A stretch of DNA of 64,000 nt, taken from the NCBI RefSeq assembly GCF_001194135.2, contig NC_068982.1, positions 99,951,333-100,015,332 of the forward strand, read 5' to 3'. Position 1 is the first letter of the stretch. Each line of letters begins with the position of its first letter. The notes below the pieces were generated by a model, which ran no database searches, had not been told where the DNA came from, and worked only from the letters and a program-made list of their open reading frames with translations. The translations under genes were made by a program, and so were the position numbers. The DNA is from Octopus bimaculoides. Taxonomy: Eukaryota. Of this stretch, positions 10,655 through 23,912 are shown piece by piece.

Positions 10655-11839
10655 GTAAGTAGTTTCAATGTGGATAAATACTGTGCCAAGTTTAATTCTA
10701 ATCACTGAAAGAGCTACTTGCTACAGACTGTTGTCCCATCCTGGAGAAGCTTTCATTGACATTTACTTAATGCTATAGAAGCTAAAGATGAGCATTGACT
10801 CCTCAAAACCTCTTGATTTTCAAGAAAATTATTCTTTTACACCCATTTTCTAGATAAGTTCTGTTAGATTACTTTTTAAAATTTTATTGTTGTAGTTGTT
10901 GTTGTTGTTGTTATTGGTGTTGTAATTTTGCTTTCTTTTTGAGAAAATTTTGACATTTGTATATCAAAGGAATATTAATTATATGGTTCAATGCTATTTT
11001 TATTGCTAACCAGTAGCATGAGATCAATATCTAATTTTAGTAAAGTAAACTGAGCAATTAATAAAATGGCTGAGTGAAATTAAAAGGGAATTTAGCTGCT
11101 AATTCTAACAGGTTGCCTGGCTGTATAAGGCTCTTTCATTGAAGAACAACAGACTTTAAACTCATGACCAATCTTATAAGTAATTTTCACTACAGTGCAT
11201 ATTTTATAGATAAATTGGTGAAAGAGTTATTTAGCCCAAATCAGCAAAAAAAAAAAAAAACCCAGTTACCTAACCTTCTTATTACAGAGTTTGAGTAGCA
11301 TTATGGGAGGGATATGTCTTGTACAATTTAATGTTAGATAGGAACATTCAAATCGTTGCATGTTTCTCTTGCTTGTTTTGATATTATTCAATGTTTGGAC
11401 TGCTGTTTCAGATGAGAAGATAGCTAGGAGTGCTTTTGTAAGAATTTTAGGAGCATCAAAATTTTTGAGAATTCTGTTTCACACTTTTCACATGTTCAAA
11501 GTCAGAATGTTTATTCACATTTATGTGCAATTTCTTTTAAATCAGGCTCTAAATACAGTTTGCATTCAAATAGGATTGGATTGGAAGTTAACTAACTATA
11601 TTACTAGATCATTAAATCCAACAACACAAACACATCTAATTTCAAATTTGTGGTTCATTAGGCTATTTTATAAACTGTATTGATTTCTTTAACTTCAAAG
11701 GAAAACTGTTCTGTTGTTGCCCTTTAAACTTCTGTAAATAGTTTTGCCTGTTTTTAAAGGTTCTTCAAACGGTATCTTCAAAAGATTTCTTTGGTTTTGT
11801 GAAGTTTCTAAACAAACCTTGAAATATCTTTCATCTTTT

Positions 11840-12630
11840 ATCTTTTACTTGTTTCGTTCATTTAACTGTGGCCATGCTGGGGCACTGCCTTGAATTTTTA
11901 GCCAAATGAATCGACCCCAGTACTTCTTTTTTAATCCTGGTATTTATTTCATCAGTCTCTTTTACTGAACCACTAAGTTATAGGGATGCAAACACACCAA
12001 CATCGGTTGTCAAACAGTGGTGGTGGGGGGAACAAAAACAAATACAAAGACACACACACTTAGACATACATACATACATACATACATACATACGTACACA
12101 CATATAAACATAAATATATATATATATATANNNNNNNNNNNNNNNNNNNNNNNNNNNNNNNNNNNNNNNNNNNNNNNNNNNNNNNNNNNNNNNNNNNNNN
12201 NNNNNNNNNNNNNNNNNNNNNNNNNNNNNNNTACATATATATATATACATATATATATAGTAGCAGCAATACCCGTCGTTGATCAGGTAATTACTTTTAC
12301 TCTTTCTTGGGAGACACATTCCAAGTGTCATTATATATATATAGATTTACTCCTCTTGTATGTGTGTATTTTATAATAAAAATAAAAATATAGTAATTGA
12401 AGTAGAAAAAAGGTCAATTTCATACATGAACTTTTGTTTGTTTATTATATGACAATAATAAGTGAGTTATATGTGTTATTTTATATATCAATACAATAAT
12501 GGCAATTATATAGTACACAAGGCTTTGGTCAGCACAGAGCTGTAATGAAAGAGAATTGCCCAACGTGCTGCACAGTGGGACTGAACCCAAGGCAACATGG
12601 TTGGAAAGCAAGTTTCTCAACTACACAGCC
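11840..12630 (-). mobile_element. SINE family A (3' half 11840-12130, 5' half 12510-12630, with a gap between)
   Basis: Sequence match to the copy at 29950-30330. Confidence 0.8.
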
Positions 12631-12770
12631 ATACCTATAAAGGAGAGATACATTTTGGATAATATACTCCTTGATACAATATGCTTAACAAAAAGATGGG
12701 ATGTTTATGGTGAGAAGACCTTTGATTTTAATACTTACTTGAGCAACGCAACAACTAACAACGCTACACC

Positions 12771-13060
12771 ATACAGGGTATTCCAGAATTAACTATCTGT
12801 TTCAATGAAATTGAGCAAATTTAAAAAAAAACTGACAGAATTTTATGTTTATTACTGAAAGAAACAGATTTATAGATCTTACGTCAAATTTTTATTGAAA
12901 ATGTTCAACATGTCTGTATCCTTGCATACTTCAAGTTTCTCCTTAGCATTGTGAAACACATTTTGAAGCATTTCAGGAGTTAGCTCCTGCACTGCTGACT
13001 GAATGTATTCTTTAAGCTCAGCTAAATGATTGCTTCATCTTGGGGATGGAGGTAAAGAAA
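12771..13060 (-). mobile_element. Tc1/mariner-superfamily remnant: transposase C-terminus and one TIR
   Basis: TIR-like tacagggtattccagaattaac. The minus frame gives LAELKEYIQSAVQELTPEMLQNVFHNAKEKLEVCKD..HVEHF, a typical Tc1-like C-terminal pattern. Confidence 0.7.
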
Positions 13061-13361
13061 ATGATTGCTGTCATGAAAATAAGCTGTCATGAACAAGAGG
13101 GGTCCAACAGGAATGGAAATAAAATTATAAACAAAATTCAAAATGTATACACTTTTAACACATATTAAACATGATGAACAAAAATAAAAGTGAGTTTAAA
13201 AATAAATGCATCTGATTTCACTTAAATCATCATTAATTCTGGGACACTCAGTATTTACTCATCCAACTAAACAGGGGAGGGAACGCTGAGTGGGGGAGAC
13301 TAATTGTAGGTGGCAAGTGTAGCTTCCAGAAGTGGTCATACAGTCAAACTTAAATGGTTGT

Positions 13362-13512
13362 ACATTATTTACATTATTTACATTTGACGGATATTTGTCC
13401 TCATCTTGTTTGTTGTTAACACAATGTTTCGGCTGATATATTCTCCAGCCTTCATTAGGTGTCTTGGGGAAATTTCGAACCTGGATTCTCATTCCTAAGG
13501 TATTTTTTGATG

Positions 13513-13560
<48 letters not shown>

Positions 13561-13630
13561 TCACTGCCTGGAATTGAACTTGGAATCTTGTGGTTAGTAG
13601 CCTGCGCTCTTAACCACTATGCCATATGCC
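13362..13630 (-). mobile_element. tRNA-headed SINE-like element with hammerhead ribozyme; full-length left arm of an inverted dimer
   Basis: The minus strand reads A box TGGCATAGTGG, B box GTTCAATTCC, (TAA)n, then gacac-CTAATGA-a-ggctg..cagcc-GAAA-ca-TT-gtgtt, and a tail ending in (aaataatgt)n. Confidence 0.85.
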
Positions 13631-13678
13631 TGGGCTACTAACCCAAAGATTCCGAGTTCGATTCCAGGCAGTGACCTA

Positions 13679-13719
<41 letters not shown>

Positions 13720-13914
13720 TAACAACAACAACAACATCGAAAAATACCTTAGGAATGAGAATCCAGGTTCAAAATTTCCCCAAGACACCTGATGAAGGCT
13801 GTAGGGTATATCAGCCAAAACATTGTGTTAACAAACAAGATGAGGACAAATATCTGTCAAATGTAAATAGTGTAAATAATGTACATAATTCCTCATCTCT
13901 TAAATATAGAACTG
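13631..13914 (+). mobile_element. Same element, 5'-truncated right arm of the inverted dimer
   Basis: B box GTTCGATTCC (A box lost), (TAA)n, gacac-CTGATGA-a-ggctg..cagcc-AAAA-ca-TT-gtgtt. The direct repeat ttaaatggttgt lies at 13350-13361 and 13915-13926. Confidence 0.85.
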
Positions 13915-14649
13915 TTAAATGGTTGTGTGTCGCAACAGCAGTTTGTTATTTTTGTATGAACATTTTGCATTATATACTTCATAGATGGATGACATAGAAA
14001 GCTGACATGCTGCCAGGCCATGCTACATTGCACAGGATTGGAAAGGTGAAACATCAACAGGGCACTTCTGGAGAATGGATGAATGGATTTTTTGTGCCTT
14101 TATGCAGCAGTACACACATGCATATGGCTCAGTGGCGCGCGGGATGGTAACATGAAGCATCAACAGGGTGCCACCAAAGATTTTAATGTTCTTCTCAGTT
14201 CTTTTGCCGAATTGGACAAAAAGGTTTTCATGAAATATTATATGCTACTTATAATGCATAAGTAGTGTCAATATTTTATCATCAGAAAATGGCCTAAAAC
14301 AAAGATAAAGCCAAGTGCAGTATACTGAAGTCTGATTAATCTGCATTTTTGGGTGGCCCACAGTCAGCATCAGAAATTTTTTTTAGCCAACAACAATTCA
14401 TGGAACCTGATTAATGTTTGTTGAAAATTTGGAGAAAAGTAACAGGATACTCTTCAAATTAGGGGCCTTAATGCTGTAAAAATGCTTCAAAAATGCAGTT
14501 TATTTGCCCATGGGCCCGTATTAGGTAAGAAGTTGAAAATGTTTGGGGCCCATGGCACTCCATGGATCTTATGTAATGCATGTGTAAAACTTCATTAAAA
14601 TCAGTTGGGTGGATCTCAAGTTTTAATGACATAACACATGATATATAGA

Positions 14650-14820
14650 TATATATACGACAGGCTTCTTTCAGTTTCTGTCTACCAAATCCACTCACAA
14701 GTCTTTGGTTAGCCCAAGGCTATAGTAGATGATTCTTGTTCAAGGTGTCACACAGTGGGACTCAACCCCAAATCATGTGGTTGAGAAGCAAGCTTCTTAC
14801 CACACAGTCACACCTATGCA
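14650..14820 (-). mobile_element. SINE family A, 5' half
   Basis: Match to 4104-4310. Confidence 0.85.
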
Positions 14821-15499
14821 GAATTTTCTCTTTAATTAATGTTATGTTAATAGATTTTTCAAAAACCTGTTGTAATATGTAATTTAAAACTAAGTTTATT
14901 CGGATGGGATGAAAAATCCATGAAAAACAAATTTACTGGGCTGTGCAGAATCATTTAGTTGAGGAAAATTATGTTCTATGCTTTTCATATCTAAAGATAG
15001 TCTGATTTCACATAAGCATTAAACAAGCCTTTTAAGTACTTGGCCACAACTCAACCATTGTACATAAACCATTATAAACTGATTCAACATCATATAAAAA
15101 TAAATTAAATTCTCATTTAAGCAAAGCCTTGACAGCAACCAGATTGACTATGCGTACCTTGTCACAGGCTTGAAACCTTTAAATCCTACTTGTGCATGCA
15201 GTATTTCCTGTTGTATAATACAAGTGAGTGAAATAAGAGATATGACCAACAACTTGCTTCTGACTAATTCACTTATCTACTCTATGACTGTGTCCTTATG
15301 AAACTCATCAAATAAAACAGGTGCACATTTAACAAAAGCTTCTTTAGTTACCTTACTGTCTCTTGGTGATTTTCAACTGTTACCATTGTATATGAAATGA
15401 ATAAAACTTGCAGTTAGAAACAGCAAGTTTTAACTATTTCATATATTGCTAAAAATTTGAATAAGCTTTTAATTGGGAATGTATCTACTTTAACATCAT

Positions 15500-16200
15500 C
15501 ATCATTATCATCATTGTTTAACATCCATTTTCTATGTTAGCATGGGTTAGACAGTTTGACTGGAGTTGATAAGACAGAGAGCTGTGCCAGAGAGTTGATG
15601 TGGTTTCTACACTTGGATGCCCATCCTAATGCCAACCTTTCTACAAAGTGTACTGGGTGTCTTCTACATGTCACTGGCACAGGTGTTTTTTTACATGTTA
15701 CCAGCATGGGTGCCTTTTATGTATCACCAGCTCCAGCCACAACCATGATTTCACTTACCTTGACATATTTTCTCAAGCACAGCAAATCACCAGAAGTCTC
15801 AGTCACTTGTCATCACTTCCATGAGACTCAACTGCCAAAGATCATATTTCCCCACCTAGGCATTTATTTTTCACAGGTCATTGGGGCTTAGCGCCAAAAG
15901 GCTCTTTTACATCCAGCTTCTACTCACATCTAGCTCCTCACATAATATGCAAAAGAACTTACCACCAATGTCATATTTCTAGAAACCCAATGCAGCATTA
16001 TTGACAGGGTTTGACCAGAAGTTGAACACAGAAACCAAGTTATGAACACCTTATGCACTACAGTAACTCTTACACTCAGTCTACCTTCCCTGTTTCCCAG
16101 AATGTCATCCAGCTAGAATTCCTTCAACTTTTTACTCTTCAAAAGAAACATTAACCATGTCAATCTTATCAGTCTAGATAGCTTGTAAAGGTGTTTAACA
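15500..16200 (-). mobile_element. Decayed RTE-type LINE 3' end
   Basis: RTE tail motifs (catgggttagacagtttgac...ggatgcccatcctaatgccaacc) followed by degenerate LINE body sequence. Confidence 0.6.
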
Positions 16201-17094
16201 CAACCTTTTCATTTAGCTCAAACCAATGACAAACAACTTTTTTTAAAAATAGATTTCATTAGGTTTCTCTAGAGAATTTTTTGACCTTGCCTGATTACCA
16301 GCATTTATTCACACCAACTGAGGGTACCCATACATGGTTGTCTGACCTGCAGGACATAGCAGCTAAGCATCTCTCAAACCACACTCTAGCATTGTTAATA
16401 AAAATAGACAAAACGAATAATCTATCGAATCTAGGATATGTTGTTTCTGAAAATTAGAGGGGAAACCACAGCTTGAAGGGCTTTGATCATGCATTCACTT
16501 GATCAGGGACAACTTGCAGCTAAACAACAAAAACAACAATGATTTATCCCTTACATTCAAGAATCAATCAAATCAGTCATTGCTCTTTAATAAATGTTGA
16601 ACTCAAATCACATGTCTTCAACGTACATCTGCCCTGTCTTTCTCCTTTTCCATGGCCTTCTCTTCCTCCACCTTGTCACTACTACTGCTACCATCATCAC
16701 CACCACCACCACCACCACCACCCATCATTTTCATGTACGCCTATGTGTGTGTGTGTGTGTGTGTGTGTGCGTTCATGCATGCCGGTGTTGGTTTATATAA
16801 TTTTTGATATTCATAAACGGATTTCTGTACAATTGATTATCTCTCCTTGATTTCTCTCCATCCTCTAAATTGCACATGCTCATTTAAAACACCAATTGTA
16901 TTGAATGCTGTTACTAAACCATCTTGTTTACTTTTACCAGCTTAATAACTGCTGAAATAGATTGGTATTTTAGATTGGAAACCTTGGATAGCGATATTTC
17001 ACAAGACTTTTTGTGGTTTTTATTATATTTTATTATATGTATATATAACAAAGGATAAAGATGGAAAATGGAATATACAAGAAACTTTATTGCT

Positions 17095-17176
<82 letters not shown>

Positions 17177-17410
17177 CATGTATACACATATATTCATATC
17201 TACACATGTACACCTATAAATGCATATATGCACACACACATATTAGTTACTCTCAGAAACAGGCCTATGCCAGTAGCTTTCTAGACTCTCCTAGGCTGAT
17301 GATAAGGGGCATCTTAGTAAATGTGATTCTCTTGATGTTCTGTTTTCTGTTTGAATAACAAAACATACAAAGGTAAACATAGTCACAACTTTGACTGTCC
17401 TTTTGTACAG

Positions 17411-17478
17411 GTTATGAAAGTGTCAAACCTGTCTGGAAAGATTAGGTCCCACATAAATGTGCACAGAACTTGTTTGAA
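17411..17478 (+). CDS. Candidate internal exon 3 (VMKVSNLSGKIRSHINVHRTCL)
   Basis: Strong acceptor ctgtccttttgtacag|G and donor AA|gtaggt. Phase 0 in, phase 2 out. Confidence 0.45.
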
Positions 17479-19646
17479 GTAGGTCAATGTTTTCTGCATA
17501 CACTGATTGTATGTAAAGTGTGCTTTATATAGCATACTATATAGCAAGCCATGTACAAATATAAACGTTTATATATGAGTATGGATATAGTGAGGCAGAA
17601 AGATCCATGAGGCTTATATTGTAGTAGTTAGAGTGCTGAACCTATGATCATAAGGCTACAGGTTTGATGCATTATGTCCTTAACCAAGACACTTCATTTC
17701 ATGTTGCTCCAGTCCACTCAGCCAAGTTCTGGTACAGCCATATCTCTCTCCAGCTGTCACATCCTTGATATTCCACTGAGTGGTCAAGGGTGAAGGGTCA
17801 GAATAGGCATCTTTTCTCATTATTACACAGGTACCTAAAACAATTAGTAAATGCATGGTATATGCTATCAGATCCTATTCACTTACGAATGACTGATATG
17901 GATTCTTTCTCTTTATATACAAGAGTTTCAAATAAGTGCTAACACTTTAGGCCCTTGTCTTTCAACCGAGACTCAAGAAGATGTAAAATCTGATGCAGTA
18001 CAATGGGCCATATGTATGTTTATACAGAGTGGAATTGATGAAGAGATAAAATTTCTAGAAAATATATTCACGAGTAACGACTCCAGTTATAGCCAGTTGT
18101 TTTGTCAGTCAATAGACTTTATATCCTTTTTGCATCATCAGAGTTTATGAAGTAACAACTAGTTGTTGTTGCTGTTGTTTAGCGACAGGTCTTCCCTAAT
18201 CTACCTGGCAAAATGATTAATGATGTCCTAACCATGGCCATCTCCCTTTATTCTTGGATGACATAGCTTAATATATTCTTCATTTATGATGGTAGGGTGT
18301 AATTTTGGAGAAATTTATCAGCTATTTCTAGTAGATTATCTAACTACTTAGAAAATTATCTCTTTGGATAAAATATGTACCACTAATTACTAGTAACATA
18401 CCAAGGAGATACAAACTTGAGACTTGCTCCACCGTTTGAAGCTATTGAGAGAAATCACCTTCCAATTTTTCAGCTATATGGGCAAAGGAACATTACAAGT
18501 GTGTGTGTGTGTGTGTGTGAGAAGACAGACAGACAGACAGACAGAGACAGAGAACAAGAGAATGAGAAAGGAAAAGAGAAAGAAGGATAAATTAAAACAA
18601 AAGTGACAACTACTCTATGTAGAATGTATGATTATATACATATGTGTTTACCTTTGAGTGTATATTATAAATAGATGCATTCACAACACACACTCATAAC
18701 ACATACAAGGAGTATGAAATGTATATTAGCTTGCTAATCTGCAGTTTGATTGAACCATTCATCTAATCCAAAAATCTCAGTCATTTATCCATTCATGCAG
18801 CTTGTGTTCTTCTTCTTCCTCCTCCTCCTTGCCTTGCATTCAGTAAGCCATCATTTAATACCTTGCATTCACCTGCTTTTCTCCTTCAATCTATATAAAT
18901 GCACTCACTCACTCAGACACTAATCTATCTGTATGACACATTCCTCCACAATAAATAAATTTACATATATATGTGTGTGTGTATGTATGTGTGTGTGTGT
19001 ATGTGTGTATTTTCATGAGCGCCATGGTGAGAGTATATGTATGCAAATTACCAGACAACAAAGGAAAGAGTACTTGGTACATGATATAGAGAGTTTTACT
19101 TCAATTAATCTTCACACACACACGCACACACATGCATACATTGTCATCATCATAATCATCAAATATATTTTGCTAGTAACTTTTTCTTTGATGCCTGTAG
19201 AATTGAAATGTATATATATATACTCAACATGNNNNNNNNNNNNNNNNNNNNNNNNNNNNNNNNNNNNNNNNNNNNNNNNNNNNNNNNNNNNNNNNNNNNN
19301 NNNNNNNNNNNNNNNNNNNNNNNNNNNNNNNNNNNNNNNNNNNNNNNNNNNNNNNNNNNNNNNNNNNNNNNNNNNNNNNNNNNNNNNNNNNNNNNNNNNN
19401 NNNNNNNNNNNNNNNNNNNNNNNNNNNNNNNNNNNNNNNNNNNNNNNNNNNNNNNNNNNNNNNNNNNNNNNNNNNNNNNNNNNNNNNNNNNNNNNNNNNN
19501 NNNNNNNNNNNNNNNNNNNNNNNNNNNNNNNNNNNNNNNNNNNNNNNNNNNNNNNNNNNNNNNNNNNNNNNNNNNNNNNNNNNNNNNNNNNNNNNNNNNN
19601 NNNNNNNNNNNNNNNNNNNNNNNNNNNNNNNNNNNNNNNNNNNNNN

Positions 19647-19710
<64 letters not shown>

Positions 19711-19879
19711 ACGCACACACACAAAGCTAGTTGAAAAGTTTAGCAGAGACTTTTTTCCCAACAGTCTCATATTCCCTTGTTTCTTATGGCAGAACATAAT
19801 TGACAATTTGAATACCATGATATCTCTAACATTCCAAGCATCTCAGTAATGATATATTCATTATCAATATAACTTCATA

Positions 19880-20090
19880 GATTGGCAGAATTGTTAGCGA
19901 GCTAGGCAAAATGCTCAGTGGTGTTCCCTCCATATTTATGTTCTGAGTTCAAAATTTGCCAAGGTCAACTTTGCCATTTATCATTTTAAGGTTGATATAA
20001 TAAATACCTGTTGTACACTGAGGTCAATGTAATCGACTTACCCTCTCCCTCAAAATTGCTGGCCTTGGGCCAAAATTTGAAATCAGTATC
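19880..20090 (+). mobile_element. SINE family M (ggcagaatcgttagc...ctttgcctttcatcc...gccttgtgcc; central part resembles the Meta-SINE domain)
   Basis: About 18 copies occur in the window (e.g. 27150-27350, 31330-31950, 39797-40236, 47020-47230, 48360-48560, 49580-49800, 50950-51785, 55790-56210, 63547-63765). The Meta-domain assignment is from memory. Confidence 0.8.
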
Positions 20091-20391
20091 TTCATGGATT
20101 TGTCTCTTTGTAATCAATGCCTTTTTTCACAGTGACTCTAAATATATTATTGTTGTATTTCGGGATGATCATTTTTTTTTTTGCCAAATAAACACATGCA
20201 CAATATATTCATTCTTCACTCATTTATTACTGTTCTTATTCTAACTCATGTCCATTGTCCAGAAATCTTTTGTCACACATCTTTGACCTCTTCAGTGACT
20301 CCTTCCATCCTCGTGTGTGCTCTTGCTCTGCTTAATCTATTCTGTTCTTCTATGATGTGTGTCCTTATATGTGCATGCATTTGCGTCTGTA

Positions 20392-20438
<47 letters not shown>

Positions 20439-21219
20439 TTCCTAGTAGCACTATCACTCTCTCAGCCCCATCTCCTCCCCCGCTGCTGCTGCTGCCCTTG
20501 ACCCTGACTTCTGGTACCATTCCTGTATCTCTCTGTATTTGTGTGTTCACCCATGCTGCTGCCAGTGTGGTAGTTGTTGTTGTTGTTGTCACTGCATCTG
20601 TTGTTGTTGCTGCTGTTGTTGTTGTTGTTGTTGTCACTGTTGCTATTGTCATTGTTGGTTACGTTGCTGATATTGTTGTAGCTGCTTGTAAAGTTACTAC
20701 ATATGTGTTTGTGTGTGTATATGGGTTTGCTTATTATGTTGTTTGTATCTGTGCCCTTTATATGTTTTTTTAAATTTTATTTATCTCTATTTCTTATATT
20801 TATCATAGGTATGTGCATATTTGTCTATTGTCTGTGTATTACACTGTTTGTACCTGTTTCCTTTTTGTTTTTCTTCCTTCTATCTTTAGTTGTCATATTG
20901 TCTGCTGTGGTATGGTGTGGTGGTGGGTGTTATTGTTCCATTCTAAATATATTCCAATGCATAAAGTGAATTATGTTGCTGTTTAGCCCCAAGTGAGCTG
21001 TAATTGAGCAGTCCTATGATTTGTTTTTGAGATATTGTATAACTAAGACTATATCATCCAATGCCAAGAGGTAATATTTATACCCACCTAAACATGGATG
21101 TTCTGTTAGAACAAATTATACTGCAGTAATTACCATGAGAGAAATGCTCATATTGGCTTTTGTACAAAATGCACCTGCTTCTGTTGCTAATAAATATTGT
21201 CCAATGCAGTTTTCTTTGT

Positions 21220-21427
21220 TTAACTCTTTAGCTTTTAAATCAGCCATGTCTGGTTAAAATATGAAAATATTCTACCTGTTTTATGCTAAAACTGGCCATA
21301 TCTGGCCTCTCACAACAACCCTACAATAACGTTCTAAAAATTAACAGTTACCTCATCAAAATCTCAAAGCTACAAGACAATTAATTCAAAACAATATGAA
21401 TAAATAAGGTGAATGCTAAAGGGTTAA
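21220..21427. mobile_element. piggyBac-type MITE (TTAA target duplication)
   Basis: TTAA-ctctttagc ... gctaaaggg-TTAA. A second copy lies at 52229-52453. Confidence 0.8.
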
Positions 21428-21449
21428 AATGCTAAGGTGTATGTGATTT

Positions 21450-21690
21450 GAGAGAGATTTGGCAACTGCATAAGGGTTTCCCCTTTGGCATATCAAAGAT
21501 GCAGAAATGCTATTCCCTTGTGGATTTCGGCCAAGCTATACAGAAGGTTATTAGTTGAAAGATAAAGAATTTTCCAATTCTGGAGAGGAAAGTCAGTTTT
21601 TCTGATGTAGTCTTCGCAATGTCAAGGATGTGTGTTTGTCACAAAATATCTTCAGTGATGGTGAGGCCTAACATTTTTAATGAGACTGAT
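21450..21690 (-). mobile_element. Decayed CR1/Jockey-like LINE RT C-terminal fragment
   Basis: Minus frame MLGLTITEDIL*QTHILDIAKTTSEKLTFLSRIGK resembles the LG.TI...L.W..HI..IA..AS.KL.FL.R motif. Confidence 0.6.
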
Positions 21691-22999
21691 GTATGACTAA
21701 AATGTATATATATATAGCATTGGATACTTCTTATCAGAGTAAATCCCTTCAGTCAGTCATCATCATCATCTTTCTAATGTCTACTTTTCCATACTTTCAT
21801 GGGTCGGATGGAATCATTAAGGCAGATTTTGTACAGCTAGATGCTCTTCTTGACAGCAACTCTTACTTGCTCCAAGCAAGGTAACATTTTACCATAACCT
21901 GACATGTTTTCATGGCAGATTGGAAATGAATGACACTGCTTGTATGATGGTGACACTTCTTTACAACTAGCATGTAATGTCAAGATGAGCAGGCACAAAC
22001 ACACATACACATGCGCATGCGTACATACACAAACACACACATGCATCAGGCGTCTTTGAGTTTCCATTAACAAATCCTCTCACAAGGTTTTAGTTCACCT
22101 GAGGCTATAATAGAAGACACTTGCCCAAAGTGCCACGTAGTGGAACTGAACCTGAAACCATGCAGTCAGGAAGCAAACTTCTTAACCACACAACCATGCT
22201 TATACATAATAAAATATTTATAAGGTGTACCTGTCCAATGGAGAGAACATGGAACGCAGTCACACTCAACTTGGAGAGATTTTAAAGAGAACTGAGACTG
22301 CCATTGTTCTGTTAATGATCATATTCCCTCATTAACTCTGGTTTTAAACTCAACAGTTTTCATTGCAACCTTATATATGATACCATACATGATATGTAAT
22401 ACTATGCAGATTTGATTATGTCATATGATGTGGTAGTGATTTTTATTGTTTTTTTTATTCTTTTATATGTGTTAGTCAGAGAAAGAGTGGTTTCCATTAC
22501 CTACACCTGCACATGTGTCTGCGGAAATACATGTAGTCAATGTTCAGCTTGAAAATCTATAGGCTGATGTCAGGGTGAAAGAATGATGGAGAGGAAAGAA
22601 TTACAGAAACTTACTGTCCTGTGGAGCAAGAACTGGGAAATGTGAAGCGTTTATACTGTCATATTGAAGTGTTGGGGTTTTCTTTATCACTTAGTAAGAG
22701 AATTTGGAATAGTTTGGCCTCTCTAAAACTGGTGAGATTGACAGAGTTGTTGCTTAACTTGAATATTTGTATTGTAGCTGATGTCAAAAGATAAATATGC
22801 AAGCAAGGAGAGAATTACAGTGGGTTACAGTTCCGGGGAGGAATGACTGGAATACTAACTCTTAATTCACCTGGAAAAAAAAAAATGGTTTTTTAAAATT
22901 TATTTAACATGATGTAATTGATTAGTTCTTCAAAAAAAAAAAATATGTCTAAAACAGCTGTAGTGAACTTCAGCCCCTCTGTGTTATTATATCACCTTT

Positions 23000-23560
23000 T
23001 GAGTGTGGTCGTTGCCAGTGCCGCTTGATTAGCCCTCATTCCGGTGGCACATAAAAGCACCCACTACACTCTAGGAGTGGTTGGCATTAGGAAGAGCATC
23101 CAGCAGTAGAAACTTTGTCAGATCAGATTGGAGCCTGGTGCAGCCTTCTGGCTCACCAGTCCTCAGCCAAACTGTCCAACCCATGACAGCATGGAAAGCG
23201 GACATTAAACGACGATGATGATACATACATACATACATACATACAGACAGACAGACAGACAGGCATACAGACAGACAGACAGACAGACAGACATACAGAC
23301 ATACAGACATATAGACATACAGACATACATACAGACATACAAAGACATACATACAGACAGACAGACAGATCATCACTGTTGTCCTCATTTAACATCTATT
23401 TTCCATTCTGGCATGTGTTGGATGGTTTTAAAATAGCCAGTGAGCCCCAGGGCTGCATTAAACTCCACTGTCGGCCTTGGCATGGTTTCTGCAGCTAATG
23501 CCAACCACTTTACAGTGTGTACTGAGTGTTGTTTTTTTTAATGCCACCAGCACTAGTGTA
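23000..23560. mobile_element. Two RTE-tail copies in tail-to-tail orientation (23000-23220 +, 23375-23560 -) around a (CAGA/CATA)n microsatellite
   Basis: Direct motif match on each strand. Confidence 0.75.
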
Positions 23561-23590
23561 GTCACTGAGTAACTTGTAAGATGAGAAAAG

Positions 23591-23912
23591 GAGCACTCCG
23601 TCGGTTATGACAACGAGGGTCCCAGCTGATACGATCAACGGAACAGCTTGCTCGTGAAATTAATGTGCAAGTGACTGAGCAATCCACAGATACGTGTACC
23701 CCTAATGTAGTTCTCAGGGAGATTCAGCATGACACAGAGTGTGACAAGGCTGGCCCTTTGAAATACAGGTACTACTCATTTTTGCCAGCTGAGTGGACTG
23801 GAGCAATGTGAAATAAAGTGTCTTGCTCAAGGACACAACGCGTCGCCGGGAATTGAACTCACGACCTTACGATCATGAGCCGAATGCCCTAACCACTAAG
23901 CCACGTGTCTTC
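23591..23912 (-). mobile_element. Full-length tRNA-derived SINE family C (CORE-like middle) with 11-bp TSD
   Basis: A and B boxes, gtgtccttgagcaagacac middle, and TSD gatgagaaaag on both sides. Other copies lie at 17600-17760, 33271-33590 and 46768-46930. Confidence 0.9.

Noticed and set aside
13555-13630. tRNA-like sequences (also SINE heads at 4104, 23840, 42070 and 61231)
   Set aside because: They have A/B boxes but no complete acceptor stem and run directly into SINE bodies, so they are not tRNA genes.
3560-22620. Scattered minus-strand AG...GT exon look-alikes (e.g. about 3570-3640, 6290-6365, 18400-18473, 22240-22310, 22500-22560, and 54520-54625 outside this span)
   Set aside because: No phase-consistent chain or recognisable homology; such matches are expected by chance in AT-rich DNA.
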